From positions 1-64,000 of the forward strand of contig CAWJCY010000007.1 of the NCBI GenBank assembly GCA_963841565.1: a DNA stretch of 64,000 bases, given 5' to 3'. Positions 10,036 to 20,354 of this stretch are shown piece after piece. Each line of letters opens with the position of its first letter. The stretch's first letter is position 1. The notes under the pieces were generated by a model. It was not told where the DNA came from and ran no database searches. It saw only the letters and a list, made by a program, of their open reading frames with translations. The position numbers were made by a program, and so were the translations under genes. Origin of the DNA: an uncultured Nitrososphaerales archaeon (GTDB lineage: Archaea; Thermoproteota; Nitrososphaeria; Nitrososphaerales; Nitrososphaeraceae).

Positions 10036-12861
10036 TCAGGTCGAGCTACGATTGATTATGCTAATTCCTGCTATTCTCGCGTCATCTGGATTAGTAGGCT
10101 GGTCTGCTTGTCCAAAGGAAGAAGTTGTAGGAAGACCCGCAACTTTGTCCACAGTGTCCATACCTTCAACAACTCTTCCGAAAGCAGTGTATTGCCCATC
10201 CAAGAACTGAGAATCATTAGTAACAATGAAAAATTGCGAACCAGCACTATTGGGATCAGAGGCCCTTGCCATGGAAACGATACCTCGAACATGCGGTACA
10301 TCGTTAAATTCCTCGTTTATAGAATAACCTGGTCCACCCGTGCCCCAGTTGTTACGCTGTGATGCATTCCCCTTAGTATTAGGGTCTCCTCCTTGGATCA
10401 TGAAATTGCTAATTATTCTATGAAAAATCGTATCATTGTAAAAGCCTTCCTGTGCAAGTCGCTTAAAATTCTCGACATGGTTTGGTGCAACCTGTGTGAG
10501 AAATTCAATCGTTATTGGGCCTTGGGCCGTTTGAATGACAGCAGTTTGCTGCGTGGAATTCGAATTAGTAGAACCAGTAGAATTCGAAGTTAAGGGCTGG
10601 GAACCTGCCGCCGTGCTATTGAGATTAGGATCGGTGTTTGTACTATTATTATTATCTTGTTTTCCACCTGACATAGAATCAGACTGATAATCTTGATTCA
10701 CCTTATAAACCAATACACCGAAGACAAGACCCGGCGTGTTAGATACAAAGCTAGGTGACGCGTAAACCAGACTAAATGGTTGATCTGGTTGTTCGCTTAA
10801 GGGGTACTTCAAATCCTGCGTATATAGGGCTATTGTACCTGGTTGATATGCTGGCTGAATCCCTGCGAGCTGGCCGCCTTGAATCGAGGCATAAGCCTGA
10901 GGCTCAAATGGAATCAGCTTTGCTAGCAGCGTATCATTCCAAAACTTGGGGGTAGGGGTAAACCCATCTTGTTCCAAATATTCCATTTCATTGAACCCGC
11001 CTATCCGAATGAACCACTGTTTCTTACTTTCGTCCCCTCCACTTCCAAGGGTATAGAAGGAAGTTCCATTGGCTCCTGGGAACCTCTGTCCAACCAGATA
11101 AAGTACAACGTAGTCAGAATCCAATTCTTTGGCAATATCATAGCCCTCTTTCTCCGGTTCGATGAACATTTTAGCAAGCTCGGCAATTCGTGTTTGGTTT
11201 ATGGTTGCGTTGTCGGCAAGGCTAGTTCTATTGGCCACAGTAGTTATCCAATACCCATAGTCCCACCAAGCGGCGACAACTGAATCCTTAGGAGTGTTGT
11301 TGGACATCCAATTCAATGCATCGATCCAATCGGCCACCTGCATCCTATATCCAGTCCCTCCATTTGCAATGGACGGCGGAACGTCTGCTGAAGTTACCCA
11401 ATTGATATTGGGTGGGTAGAATAGAGGAACAGTTAGAAGGAAAATAAGGACTACGGCGAATGATATGACTATTGGCTTATTATGCGAAGGTTTTGATTGA
11501 AGACGCTCGGCTCTCTTCTTTGCTCTGCCCTTGGCTGCCTTTTGCTGAAATTCTGTATAAGGACCGGTGGAGGAATATCTTTCCATAAATATCCTCGTAA
11601 GATCGTATAGTCCTATTGATGCCAGGACTATTATGCTGATTGACGAAAAGACAAGCAGCCTAGCGAATGTCGCACTTACATAAAGTCCGGTAATCCCTAG
11701 AATTAGCGCAAATATTGTCATATCATTTCTCTTTCGAAATGCCATCCATATGCCAAATCCAGCGAACATCATCAATATCGAGTAATCAATGAAGTAATCT
11801 ACAATAGTAGGCGTAAAATGTTCGGCCACAGATGCCGTTAATGGATTTTGAGCTGACAAGAATGGGTTTATTGCATTCAAATACCTAAAGGAAGGAGAAT
11901 AATACGCCTCAGTCAGCATTACGCCAATACTAATTGCAACAAATACCCCAAGAACGATTCCGGAATTTCGTATTGCGTGATCGGGTGAAGTAAATTTCCT
12001 CACAAAATAGGTTGCCGCCAAAAATACGGTTCCACCAATCATTGCGATACCAGGAGGACCGAAAACAAACGAAAGTCCAGGCCTAGGGAATATTCCAGCT
12101 GTAACTAAAGTCAAGACGGTAATTGAGATAGCCACTATCAAAGGAATACCCAAGTCCTTTCGGAAAAACGGCAGAGCTATAAAGAAGATGGAGAGAGGTA
12201 TTGCAAAATACTGAATCCCACCCCACGAAGCATTTGCCAAACCAAGTAAGAATCCAGCCAAAACTGCTTTGAGTATTACAAATTTAACTTGCTTACCCTT
12301 TATGGCTGAAACAAAAAGGTAGGTTGCTACGATACCAAAGAACAATCCCAGTGGTTCAGACTTGAACCACCCTAAGTTACCCCGCTGGATTATGGCAGGA
12401 GTGAAAGCAAAGAACAATGCAGCAAAAAGGCCCGCTGAAGTACCCTTCAATGCTCTGACAAGCGCAAATATTGCAATTGTAGTGAGAGAACCCATAACAA
12501 CAGGAAAAATTATGACAAAATCCAGAAGCGACGAACCGGCACCAAATACCTCATAAAGAAACGCGGCTACGATATGAAGTCCAGTCTGGGATGTAGCAGG
12601 AACGTTCCTTCCCTCTGGATACCAAGACATTGTGTCGTGCCAGTTTAGGTATGCTTGCAAACCATTATCGACAATGTATTTGGTCGCTCGATAATCAAAA
12701 TAGGGATCAAATTCATTCAAAAAGTAACCATATTTTATAGGATAAGACCTAATTATGAAGGCAGTTGAAAATGAGATAGCAAGTACTCCGATTACTAGCA
12801 AGTGTTTAAGTTGAAAGTGAAAATGACCTGTTCTTAGCAGCGTTTTACTTCCATCAAGCAT
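10036..12861 (-). CDS. aglB: Oligosaccharyltransferase AglB (STT3) with C-terminal cyclophilin-type PPIase domain
   Basis: EFDPYF, SVAEH, WWDYG and DNAT STT3 motifs with many TM helices; C-terminal FHRIISNFMIQGGDP, SMARASDPNSAGSQFFI, LDGQYTAFGRV cyclophilin motifs. Confidence 0.93.
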   Translation of the reverse strand: MLDGSKTLLRTGHFHFQLKHLLVIGVLAISFSTAFIIRSYPIKYGYFLNEFDPYFDYRATKYIVDNGLQAYLNWHDTMSWYPEGRNVPATSQTGLHIVAAFLYEVFGAGSSLLDFVIIFPVVMGSLTTIAIFALVRALKGTSAGLFAALFFAFTPAIIQRGNLGWFKSEPLGLFFGIVATYLFVSAIKGKQVKFVILKAVLAGFLLGLANASWGGIQYFAIPLSIFFIALPFFRKDLGIPLIVAISITVLTLVTAGIFPRPGLSFVFGPPGIAMIGGTVFLAATYFVRKFTSPDHAIRNSGIVLGVFVAISIGVMLTEAYYSPSFRYLNAINPFLSAQNPLTASVAEHFTPTIVDYFIDYSILMMFAGFGIWMAFRKRNDMTIFALILGITGLYVSATFARLLVFSSISIIVLASIGLYDLTRIFMERYSSTGPYTEFQQKAAKGRAKKRAERLQSKPSHNKPIVISFAVVLIFLLTVPLFYPPNINWVTSADVPPSIANGGTGYRMQVADWIDALNWMSNNTPKDSVVAAWWDYGYWITTVANRTSLADNATINQTRIAELAKMFIEPEKEGYDIAKELDSDYVVLYLVGQRFPGANGTSFYTLGSGGDESKKQWFIRIGGFNEMEYLEQDGFTPTPKFWNDTLLAKLIPFEPQAYASIQGGQLAGIQPAYQPGTIALYTQDLKYPLSEQPDQPFSLVYASPSFVSNTPGLVFGVLVYKVNQDYQSDSMSGGKQDNNNSTNTDPNLNSTAAGSQPLTSNSTGSTNSNSTQQTAVIQTAQGPITIEFLTQVAPNHVENFKRLAQEGFYNDTIFHRIISNFMIQGGDPNTKGNASQRNNWGTGGPGYSINEEFNDVPHVRGIVSMARASDPNSAGSQFFIVTNDSQFLDGQYTAFGRVVEGMDTVDKVAGLPTTSSFGQADQPTNPDDARIAGISIINRSST

Positions 12862-13293
12862 GCTTAGACAGGTTGAACTAACCTCTTTTTTACGTTACTG
12901 ATACTCAGCTCATTATCTTGTAGTCCAGGGAGAAGTACCAAAGAGCATTGGAGTCCAATATAGGGTTGCCCGTGAATAATCTCAAAATTGAGCTATGTCT
13001 ATTCAGTAATGCAACAACTGATAATTATGCAAAGGCCCAGAGTCTATTGACGTTTGAGACGTTAATGAAATAAACGGGGACTCGCCGAGGCTTTTGGGTA
13101 TGGTATGTAATTAAGCCAAACGAAGCTTTCTATACGCAATCATTTCATAAGATGAGAGTGGCAGCAATGAAGATTCAGAGTTAGACTGAAGATTTTCATA
13201 TATTTAATGTGGAGAAGGTATTTGTCTGAGCTGCCACTCGTCAATAAAGGGTTGGTCTCATCGCCTGAGATAGTCCCATCAAAAAATTCGACT

Positions 13294-14406
13294 CTAATTC
13301 TTCTTGGTAATGCTAACAATATCTCCATCGGCTAGGCGATGGTCCAAACCTACTTTTTGCGCGCCGAATTTTACGCTGTCACCCCAAACCTGAGCATACT
13401 TAAAATCCGTGGCCATGGTCCTGCGTATTTTTGTGCAAACGTCACTGACTGTACACTCACTTCTTACTATGAGCGGTTCTTCAAGATCTGCATCCTGACC
13501 TTTTGGCTTTAGAAAGACGCGAATGAAATCTAGTTTTTGAAATATTGCATCCCTTACAGATTCTATATTCTTGTTGCCGTCTGCTGAAATAGGGATAAAG
13601 TTATTTCCTATCTTGCGACGTATCTGCATCAGTAGGGTATCATCGACCAAATCGATCTTGTTCAATGCAACAATTGAAGGGACATAGACTCTGTTTCCAG
13701 CCAGCATATCTATGAGTTGATCATCTGTCAGTTCAGGTTCTCTTATAGTTAGCCTACAATTGTGAACCCCGTAAACTCTAAGAATATCCTTCGCAAGACT
13801 TTCTGAAAGACGAGATTTTACCAGTGAATTTACCGAAATTCCGCCCGTTTCTGTCTTCTCTATCAAAATGTCAGGCGGCTTCTGGTCAACCTTTATTCCA
13901 ATTACAGATAATTCTCTCTTTAGAAGGTCTATATGTTGGGGCTGAAAGACATCCAGAATAAGTAAGACTAGATCGGCGGATCTTGCGACCGATAAGACTC
14001 GCTTGCCTAATCCACGACCTGAAGCCGCTCCCTCTATAATTCCTGGCATGTCAAGGATTTGAATTCTGGCACCTCTGTATTCCATCATTCCAGGGACCAC
14101 AGTAAGGGTTGTGAACTTGTATGAACCAACTTTTGAGTTGGCGTTCGTGAGCCTGTTAAGCAGTGTCGATTTCCCAACACTCGGGAGGCCGATCAACACT
14201 ACTGTTCCGTCGCCTGCTTTTCTCACAGTATACCCGCCAGATCTACTCTTAGAAGAAATGGTCTTACCGTGGATATCTCCTTCCATCTCCTTCTTCAGCC
14301 TGGCTATCTTTGCCTTGAGCAGGCCTATATGATGCTCAGTAGCTTTGTTTATCTGGGTTTTATGTATTTCATCCTCTATTGCCTTGATCTTTTCTGGGAT
14401 GCCCAT
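13294..14406 (-). CDS. drg: DRG/Rbg family OBG GTPase with TGS domain
   Basis: GLPSVGKST, FTT, DMPGIIEGA, NKID, QVWGDSVKFGAQKVGLDH. Confidence 0.95.
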   Translation of the reverse strand: MGIPEKIKAIEDEIHKTQINKATEHHIGLLKAKIARLKKEMEGDIHGKTISSKSRSGGYTVRKAGDGTVVLIGLPSVGKSTLLNRLTNANSKVGSYKFTTLTVVPGMMEYRGARIQILDMPGIIEGAASGRGLGKRVLSVARSADLVLLILDVFQPQHIDLLKRELSVIGIKVDQKPPDILIEKTETGGISVNSLVKSRLSESLAKDILRVYGVHNCRLTIREPELTDDQLIDMLAGNRVYVPSIVALNKIDLVDDTLLMQIRRKIGNNFIPISADGNKNIESVRDAIFQKLDFIRVFLKPKGQDADLEEPLIVRSECTVSDVCTKIRRTMATDFKYAQVWGDSVKFGAQKVGLDHRLADGDIVSITKKN

Positions 14407-14737
14407 CTTCTCAGCGATTAATCCTCGTTACTTCTTTACAATCGGTCGAAAATACTCCAAATCGTGACGATTTTACCTTCATAAGGACAAATTGATAGCC
14501 GCAAAAAGAGAACAAATACGGTAAAGGGGTTGAACAGATAAACAATTCAGATATCTATAACAGTAAAATGGTAATATAAGTTTGGTATTGGCTGTTTTGG
14601 TTCCCAAAAAAGAACGACCACATATTGGGTAAAGCACCGTTAAATGGCGAAATGAATCTGAAAACCCAGCGATAATAACTCAAATTTCCAATGTGCAATG
14701 CTTATATACGCCTCCTGGGCGTGGAATATTGTCCATC

Positions 14738-15124
14738 ATGTCGGAGCCCCCAGTGTCTTCCCCTATCAAGGAGAAAAAGAAGGGCTTTACTCAAGAGTTC
14801 ATCTTCTTTCTAAAGACTTTTGGCATAATTGGCCTCGCGATAGCATTCATAATTGGCCAAGCGGCTTCTGCATTAGTAACTGCTTTCGTAAACGATATAA
14901 TCGACCCACTCATTGGAATATTTCTCCCAGGTGGCAACTTATCAGGTTTGTCCGTTCAAGTACCAAACCTTTACGGTGACGCTACTTCTGAATTCCTGTA
15001 TGGTGACCTGATTGCAAATATAATTGACTTTATGGTAATAGCGTTGATCGTCTTCATCCTCTATAAGCAGCTCTCTAAACGCGGTTACGTGGAAGATAAG
15101 ACTGTGCCAGAAGAGAAGAAATAA
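14738..15124 (+). CDS. mscL: Large-conductance mechanosensitive channel MscL
   Basis: EFIFFLKTFGIIGLAIAFIIG..LVTAFVNDIIDPLIG..YGDLIANIIDF. Confidence 0.9.
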   Translation: MSEPPVSSPIKEKKKGFTQEFIFFLKTFGIIGLAIAFIIGQAASALVTAFVNDIIDPLIGIFLPGGNLSGLSVQVPNLYGDATSEFLYGDLIANIIDFMVIALIVFILYKQLSKRGYVEDKTVPEEKK

Positions 15125-15323
15125 AATCAAGTTATACAATGGTGAAAAAAGATATAGTTCTTTCCTGAAGCTGGCTGTTATCCAATCGGCAAGTGTACCT
15201 TTATGGTTCTATTCTTAACCAACGACGTTCAATTACACCTCTTAATGTAATACCTTATTATGGTCATCATCAATTTTTTCGCTAGAGCTTATTTTACTAA
15301 CTCCGATGAAGCTGATGGTAGAT

Positions 15324-15881
15324 TTATCTCCATATTTCTAGAAACTTCAGAGTAGTGCTCATTGCTAATGTCATAACAACGCACGCCATTATCTTCCATG
15401 GCATTGCGGGTAAACGCGGACCAAGAAGCCTTATTTGATGGTCGTCAATAATTTGAGAAATATAATCGCGAACTTTTGAGTTCCAAATTCTATACTCGAT
15501 GCTATGTTTCTTCAATATTGACTCTAATTCATAAATTACGGGGCACCTGACAGAAGTAAGATGCTGAATATATCTTCTTGATACCTCAACTTCACCTTTG
15601 ATGGCGATCAATCCTTGTTGATGTATATCGATTAATCTTACATGCATCTCCCAGGGCTTGGATAGTGATTTTGCAAAGCCACTACCAATTTGAGAAGTCG
15701 TCTTATTCTCTAATTTGACCTTCTTGAAACCCTCGGAAGTGAGCGTCCGTACTATGTCGTCCTTTTTCATTCTAACTGCAATGTATAGTTGATCGAGCTC
15801 TATTTCCTCGTGCCTGATCAGGGCTTGAAGTCCTTTTACTACATTCATTCGGCGTGGATAGCTTGTAAGAAATTCAGACAT
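15324..15881 (-). CDS. Conserved archaeal hypothetical protein with C-terminal TM helix
   Basis: 185 aa ORF, PWEMHVRL and EVEVSRRYIQHL motifs; hydrophobic C-terminus. Confidence 0.7.
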   Translation of the reverse strand: MSEFLTSYPRRMNVVKGLQALIRHEEIELDQLYIAVRMKKDDIVRTLTSEGFKKVKLENKTTSQIGSGFAKSLSKPWEMHVRLIDIHQQGLIAIKGEVEVSRRYIQHLTSVRCPVIYELESILKKHSIEYRIWNSKVRDYISQIIDDHQIRLLGPRLPAMPWKIMACVVMTLAMSTTLKFLEIWR

Positions 15882-15953
15882 TTACCTTGATAACTTCGTA
15901 ATTCACGATGGAATATTAAAACTGTGTTATTGTAATCAACCCTAATCGAATAT

Positions 15954-16733
15954 TTATTTCGAACTGAAAGATCTCCGATAGATATCTTCTAGAGGATCTA
16001 TAGCTAAATCTTGCCAATTCATATGTTTATTATCTTCCATCACTTCAAATCCTCTCACGACTACAACGGGTGTTGACTCACGACTTTCGCCCATTAAAGC
16101 AACTCCTATCGAAGCCAAACCATCTCCCGCCGCTCTCATTGTCACCCTCAATGTATTTCCAAAGAGATCTTTCTTACCTCGCTCATCTATTACTGGCTTA
16201 AATCCTGATACTGCAATGGCAATACCTGAAGTGCCTAATCTTCCAGGCATTAGACGACTATCAGAAATAACTACGAATATCTTGAGTTTATTCTTATTCA
16301 GAAAATTCAATCTAAGTCGGTCAGCCGATTCAAAAGGCAGAGGCGGATACAATACGGCATAACCGTTGGGAATATTTGATCTATCGATCCCAGCGTTTGG
16401 ACACAACATTCCATTCTTCTTGCACAATAAGAATCCAGGAATTCCTCCATAAATCTGATCGGCCTCCCTTAAAACTAACTCTGTAAGTTTCTCATCCATC
16501 TGGAATTTCTTCGCAATAACTTTGGCCTTATATGATGCTCTTAATCGGTCAATCTGAACGACCGCCCCTTCACCTATGGACACAAATTTGCTTGATATTA
16601 TTACGATATCTTTTTGCCTGAACCGAAAATTTGTCTTTGATATTGCTTCATGGAGATCGAATGGAGAGACCATCGGAGGAAGTCTCAATGCAAAGACCTC
16701 AAATCTAGAGGCCACTTTATTACTTGCTTTCAA
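15954..16733 (-). CDS. cofE: Coenzyme F420-0:L-glutamate ligase
   Basis: IISSKFVS, PNAGIDRSN, VVISDS, DERGKKDLFGNTL, MGESRESTPVVVVRG; start uncertain. Confidence 0.9.
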   Translation of the reverse strand: MKASNKVASRFEVFALRLPPMVSPFDLHEAISKTNFRFRQKDIVIISSKFVSIGEGAVVQIDRLRASYKAKVIAKKFQMDEKLTELVLREADQIYGGIPGFLLCKKNGMLCPNAGIDRSNIPNGYAVLYPPLPFESADRLRLNFLNKNKLKIFVVISDSRLMPGRLGTSGIAIAVSGFKPVIDERGKKDLFGNTLRVTMRAAGDGLASIGVALMGESRESTPVVVVRGFEVMEDNKHMNWQDLAIDPLEDIYRRSFSSK

Positions 16734-16813
16734 GCGTCGGTTACTAATCCTGGTCAATCCGCAGAAGGTTTTAATGACGATTCCAATAAGAATCCATCTC
16801 AGGTGACTTCGGA

Positions 16814-18094
16814 GTGGGAATGACCCTAACTGAAAAGATCTTGGCAAGGGCAGCCGGAAAAGATTCCGTAGCTCCTGGAGATGTTATATTTGCAAAAGTA
16901 GATAAATTGATGATGCATGACGTTTCAGGCCCAGGTGTAATCAAGGTCTTAGAAGAGTGGAAAAAGAAAGGGAGGAATTTGGAACGGATTTGGGACCCAA
17001 GTAAGGTGTGGGTTACAGAAGATCATTTTGTACCAGCCTCTGACAAGATATCCGCAAATAATATTATCACCCTTTCTAAGTGGACGAAGAGATTCGGTGT
17101 AAAGAAACATTACAAATATGGGATGGGTCAATACGGAATCTGTCATACGCTCTCTCATGAGGAAGCGCTAGTACTACCTGGTGAAGTCTATGTAGGTGGT
17201 GATTCGCACACAAATACTACTGGAGCTTTAGGGGCCTTCGCAGCAGGCCTTGGTCACAGTGATATCGCATATGTACTCCACCATGGGCTAATCTGGTTCA
17301 AAGTGCCAGAAACAATTCTTTTCAAATTGAATGGTCAATTGCCAGATCATGTAATGGCAAAGGATATCATTTTGCGCATTATTGGTGATATAGGAACAGA
17401 AGGTGGAAATTATAAATGCATGCAGTTTTCTGGTGAAGTGATAGACCGGATGAATATGGACGAACGACTTACCCTTACGAATATGACCACAGAGGCAGGT
17501 GCTAAAAATGGAATAATAGAACCTGATTCAGTCACAGAGAGTTATATCAGGGAGAGAACGGACTCCCCATTTCAACGTGTACTAAGTGATGAAAATGCTA
17601 ACTATTCGGACATCCACGAATATGAAGTCAATCAAATGGACCCTATTATTGCTAAACCATTCTCACCTGCTAATACCTGTGCTGTGAGAGATGTTCAGGG
17701 AATAGAGATCGACAAAGCATATATAGGCTCCTGTACGGGGGCTAAACTTACGGATCTTCGAGCCGTTTCCCGTCTTCTCAAAGGTAAAAAAGTGAAGGCT
17801 CGAACCGAAGTATTACCTGCTGCACAATCCATCTATATTTCTGCGCTACGTGAGGGGCTAGTTGAGATTTTCGTTGATGCTGGCTGTGTTGTTGGTCCGC
17901 CTACTTGTGGTGCTTGCTGCGGAGCACATATGGGAGTGTTGGGTCCAAAGGAAATTTGTATAAGTACCACGAATAGGAATTTTCCTGGGAGAATGGGTGA
18001 TGTAGAATCGCAAACCTTTCTGGCATCTCCTCTGGTGGTCGCCGCATCGGCAATAAACGGAAAGATAACTGACCCAAGGGACATAACAACATGA
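16814..18094 (+). CDS. leuC: 3-isopropylmalate dehydratase/homoaconitase large subunit
   Basis: MTLTEKIL, GICH, GGDSHT, IGSCT, CGACCG, STTNRNFPGRMG. Confidence 0.92.
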   Translation: MGMTLTEKILARAAGKDSVAPGDVIFAKVDKLMMHDVSGPGVIKVLEEWKKKGRNLERIWDPSKVWVTEDHFVPASDKISANNIITLSKWTKRFGVKKHYKYGMGQYGICHTLSHEEALVLPGEVYVGGDSHTNTTGALGAFAAGLGHSDIAYVLHHGLIWFKVPETILFKLNGQLPDHVMAKDIILRIIGDIGTEGGNYKCMQFSGEVIDRMNMDERLTLTNMTTEAGAKNGIIEPDSVTESYIRERTDSPFQRVLSDENANYSDIHEYEVNQMDPIIAKPFSPANTCAVRDVQGIEIDKAYIGSCTGAKLTDLRAVSRLLKGKKVKARTEVLPAAQSIYISALREGLVEIFVDAGCVVGPPTCGACCGAHMGVLGPKEICISTTNRNFPGRMGDVESQTFLASPLVVAASAINGKITDPRDITT

Positions 18095-18603
18095 ACCAAC
18101 TCGAGGGTACCGTGCATAAATACTATCGAGATAACATTGATACGGATGTGATCATTCCTGGCCAATATCTTAAGATCCATGATCATAAGGAACTTGCAAA
18201 ACACGCAATGGAGGGCATTGATCCTGAATTTTCCAAAAAAGTTGGCGAAGGTGACTTTTTGCTTTGCGGGAGGAACTTTGGATGTGGTTCAAGCAGAGAG
18301 CATGCTCCAATTGCTCTGGCCAATTGTGGTATAACGGCCATCATAGCACCATCCTTTGCTAGGATCTTTTATAGAAACGCAGTCGATGGAGGGTACCTAC
18401 TCCCGATAGAAGTAGATGTGGAAACATGTCTACAAATCGAAAATGGAAATAGAATTATCGTTGACACTTTGAACAGCAAACTGGTCGACATCACGCGGGT
18501 CAGAAAAGAGTATGATATTAAACCATTTCCCGAAATAATTGCTAGAATTATTGAAGCAGGTGGCTTGATTAATCTTGACCCTCAGAAATTGATTGATTTG
18601 TAA
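18091..18603 (+). CDS. leuD: 3-isopropylmalate dehydratase/homoaconitase small subunit
   Basis: NIDTDVIIPG, GRNFGCGSSREHAP, SFARIFYRN; ATGA overlap with leuC. Confidence 0.92.
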   Translation: MNQLEGTVHKYYRDNIDTDVIIPGQYLKIHDHKELAKHAMEGIDPEFSKKVGEGDFLLCGRNFGCGSSREHAPIALANCGITAIIAPSFARIFYRNAVDGGYLLPIEVDVETCLQIENGNRIIVDTLNSKLVDITRVRKEYDIKPFPEIIARIIEAGGLINLDPQKLIDL

Positions 18604-18731
18604 GAATATGCCCAATATTTCGAGAGTTAATACTCGAATAGACAAGATGTTATCACGTTTGACGAGGAAGACTATTCATCGTCATCTCAGTTAGGTAATT
18701 AGATCATTTGTCTATCCTATCCAAGTTCCCT

Positions 18732-19337
18732 TCAAACTGCCTGAACTTTTATCCATCCTTCAGGTAGCAGCATCTTTTCATCACTAGGATCACCAACATT
18801 TGTAGCATATCTCCAAAGTTGAGTGTCTTCGTCTACGCGTGTGGAAACCATTATCTCATTCAGTGCCTTTATTTCATTGCTCAAGCCCAAATTGCAGACC
18901 TTGTTCTCATTGCTTGAAACACAATAACTACATTTGCTGTCTAATGTAGATACGGTAGGATCGATACTAACAAGAGGATAGGCCTTACATGCGGCTGGTC
19001 TTTCCTCATAAATAGTGCAACGTGTTCCACCGTGAGGGGATCGCTCAGATCCCTCAGTCTCGAGAAACGGACAAATATTTCCGTCTCTTTCCCTTCCCAT
19101 TAGCTGATAAACGACGGTGCTTTCAGGACTTGCTCCTTTGCCACCCATATCCTTACCCACTCCTATCCTTGGTAGAATCTTGACGTTTACTTTTTTTTCC
19201 TCCGCAAGCTGCTCAATCTTTATCTTCTCCTTAGGGAGCAGGAGAACCCCTATTTTACCAAACTCCTTCGATGGAAAGTAGTCTCTATTTATGCAACAAT
19301 CAGAGCAACCTTCTACACATTTGAATTTTTTGAGCAA
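18732..19337 (-). CDS. YkgJ family cysteine-cluster protein
   Basis: FKCVEGCSDCC, CPFL, CTIYEERPAACKAYP. Confidence 0.9.
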   Translation of the reverse strand: MLKKFKCVEGCSDCCINRDYFPSKEFGKIGVLLLPKEKIKIEQLAEEKKVNVKILPRIGVGKDMGGKGASPESTVVYQLMGRERDGNICPFLETEGSERSPHGGTRCTIYEERPAACKAYPLVSIDPTVSTLDSKCSYCVSSNENKVCNLGLSNEIKALNEIMVSTRVDEDTQLWRYATNVGDPSDEKMLLPEGWIKVQAV

Positions 19338-19568
19338 GCCTAATCTAGTAAGATACTTGCACTGGACAGTCCTTTAAATTGTGGTTTTTTTGATAGAAAT
19401 GGATCTGCATCGATGATGTTTGTAATTTGTGTTTGAATTTGCCTTTCATGGAAGAGATCAAAAATCTGTATTGTCACGTATCAGAAGGCAATAATCCTAT
19501 GAAAGTATGTAAACATCATGTAAGCCTATACTTTTATCGGTATGGAAATTTTGAATCCTTCATGTATA

Positions 19569-19739
19569 TCAATCCCTTTCCACAGCCTCAATATGACATT
19601 GATGACCTCTATGATGTTTGTCGATGTTCGACGCTTCTTCAGTTGAGATAGGGAACTTCCCTGTTTCCAGAGATTCTTTTCCAGGTTTTTCTAGTATAAC
19701 TTCTTTACAATCGTCGCAAATCAACTGCTGAAATATCAT
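19569..19739 (-). CDS. Small metal-binding protein (56 aa)
   Basis: Manual translation MIFQQLICDDCKEVILEKPGKESLETGKFPISTEEASNIDKHHRGHQCHIEAVERD*; TATA-like sequence just upstream. Confidence 0.75.
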   Translation of the reverse strand: MIFQQLICDDCKEVILEKPGKESLETGKFPISTEEASNIDKHHRGHQCHIEAVERD

Positions 19740-19885
19740 TTCAAATATTTATAAAAGAACTCAATATAAGATTAGCTTTCTAAGGAAACAACTGCTGGTG
19801 ACCGGCCAGTCTCGCCAGAAAAGATTGGATGAGGAACAAATAAAAAAAATTCATATGAACCTCTCTATTCTTATGGCGATTATCC

Positions 19886-20032
19886 ATGGACAATGTCTGT
19901 GCCTACTGTGGGAAAAGTTTTGAAGGAGAGGGATGGCCACATGTTGAGGGGGACTCTAATCGTGGTGTCTCCAGAATCGAGCAATTCTGCTCCGAAGAAC
20001 ATAGGTCAGCGTTCTTGAAGTCCAATCTATGA
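19886..20032 (+). CDS. TRASH/FCS-like zinc-finger microprotein (48 aa)
   Basis: Manual translation MDNVCAYCGKSFEGEGWPHVEGDSNRGVSRIEQFCSEEHRSAFLKSNL*: CxxCGK...FCSEEH. Confidence 0.75.
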   Translation: MDNVCAYCGKSFEGEGWPHVEGDSNRGVSRIEQFCSEEHRSAFLKSNL

Positions 20033-20344
20033 TTTCAATTTACCAAAAAGGCTGTCAAAGAGGCCTTTCTTATTCTCCTTTTTTTCAACTTTCTTGAAAC
20101 ACTTGGAGCACAAGGCACGTAAATTCCCAGGCCTGTTGTCTTTCCTTGAGCCGTTGATATGTTCAAAAAAGGCCTGCGTACTCCCGTGGAATCTAATATT
20201 GCAACCCTGGCATCGATGGTGAGCCTTTTCCAGAACTGTCTGTTTAATACTCAGTGTCAAATGCTCATACTTGGTTTTGTCAACGCTATCACCAGATGTG
20301 TTTCCGAAAAAAGACAATCCTTTATTTATAATAAAAATGCCCAA
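20027..20344 (-). CDS. HNH endonuclease-like protein
   Basis: RCQGC..EHINGSRKDNRPGNLRALCSKC. Confidence 0.8.
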   Translation of the reverse strand: MGIFIINKGLSFFGNTSGDSVDKTKYEHLTLSIKQTVLEKAHHRCQGCNIRFHGSTQAFFEHINGSRKDNRPGNLRALCSKCFKKVEKKENKKGLFDSLFGKLKS

Positions 20345-20354
20345 ATTAACCTTT

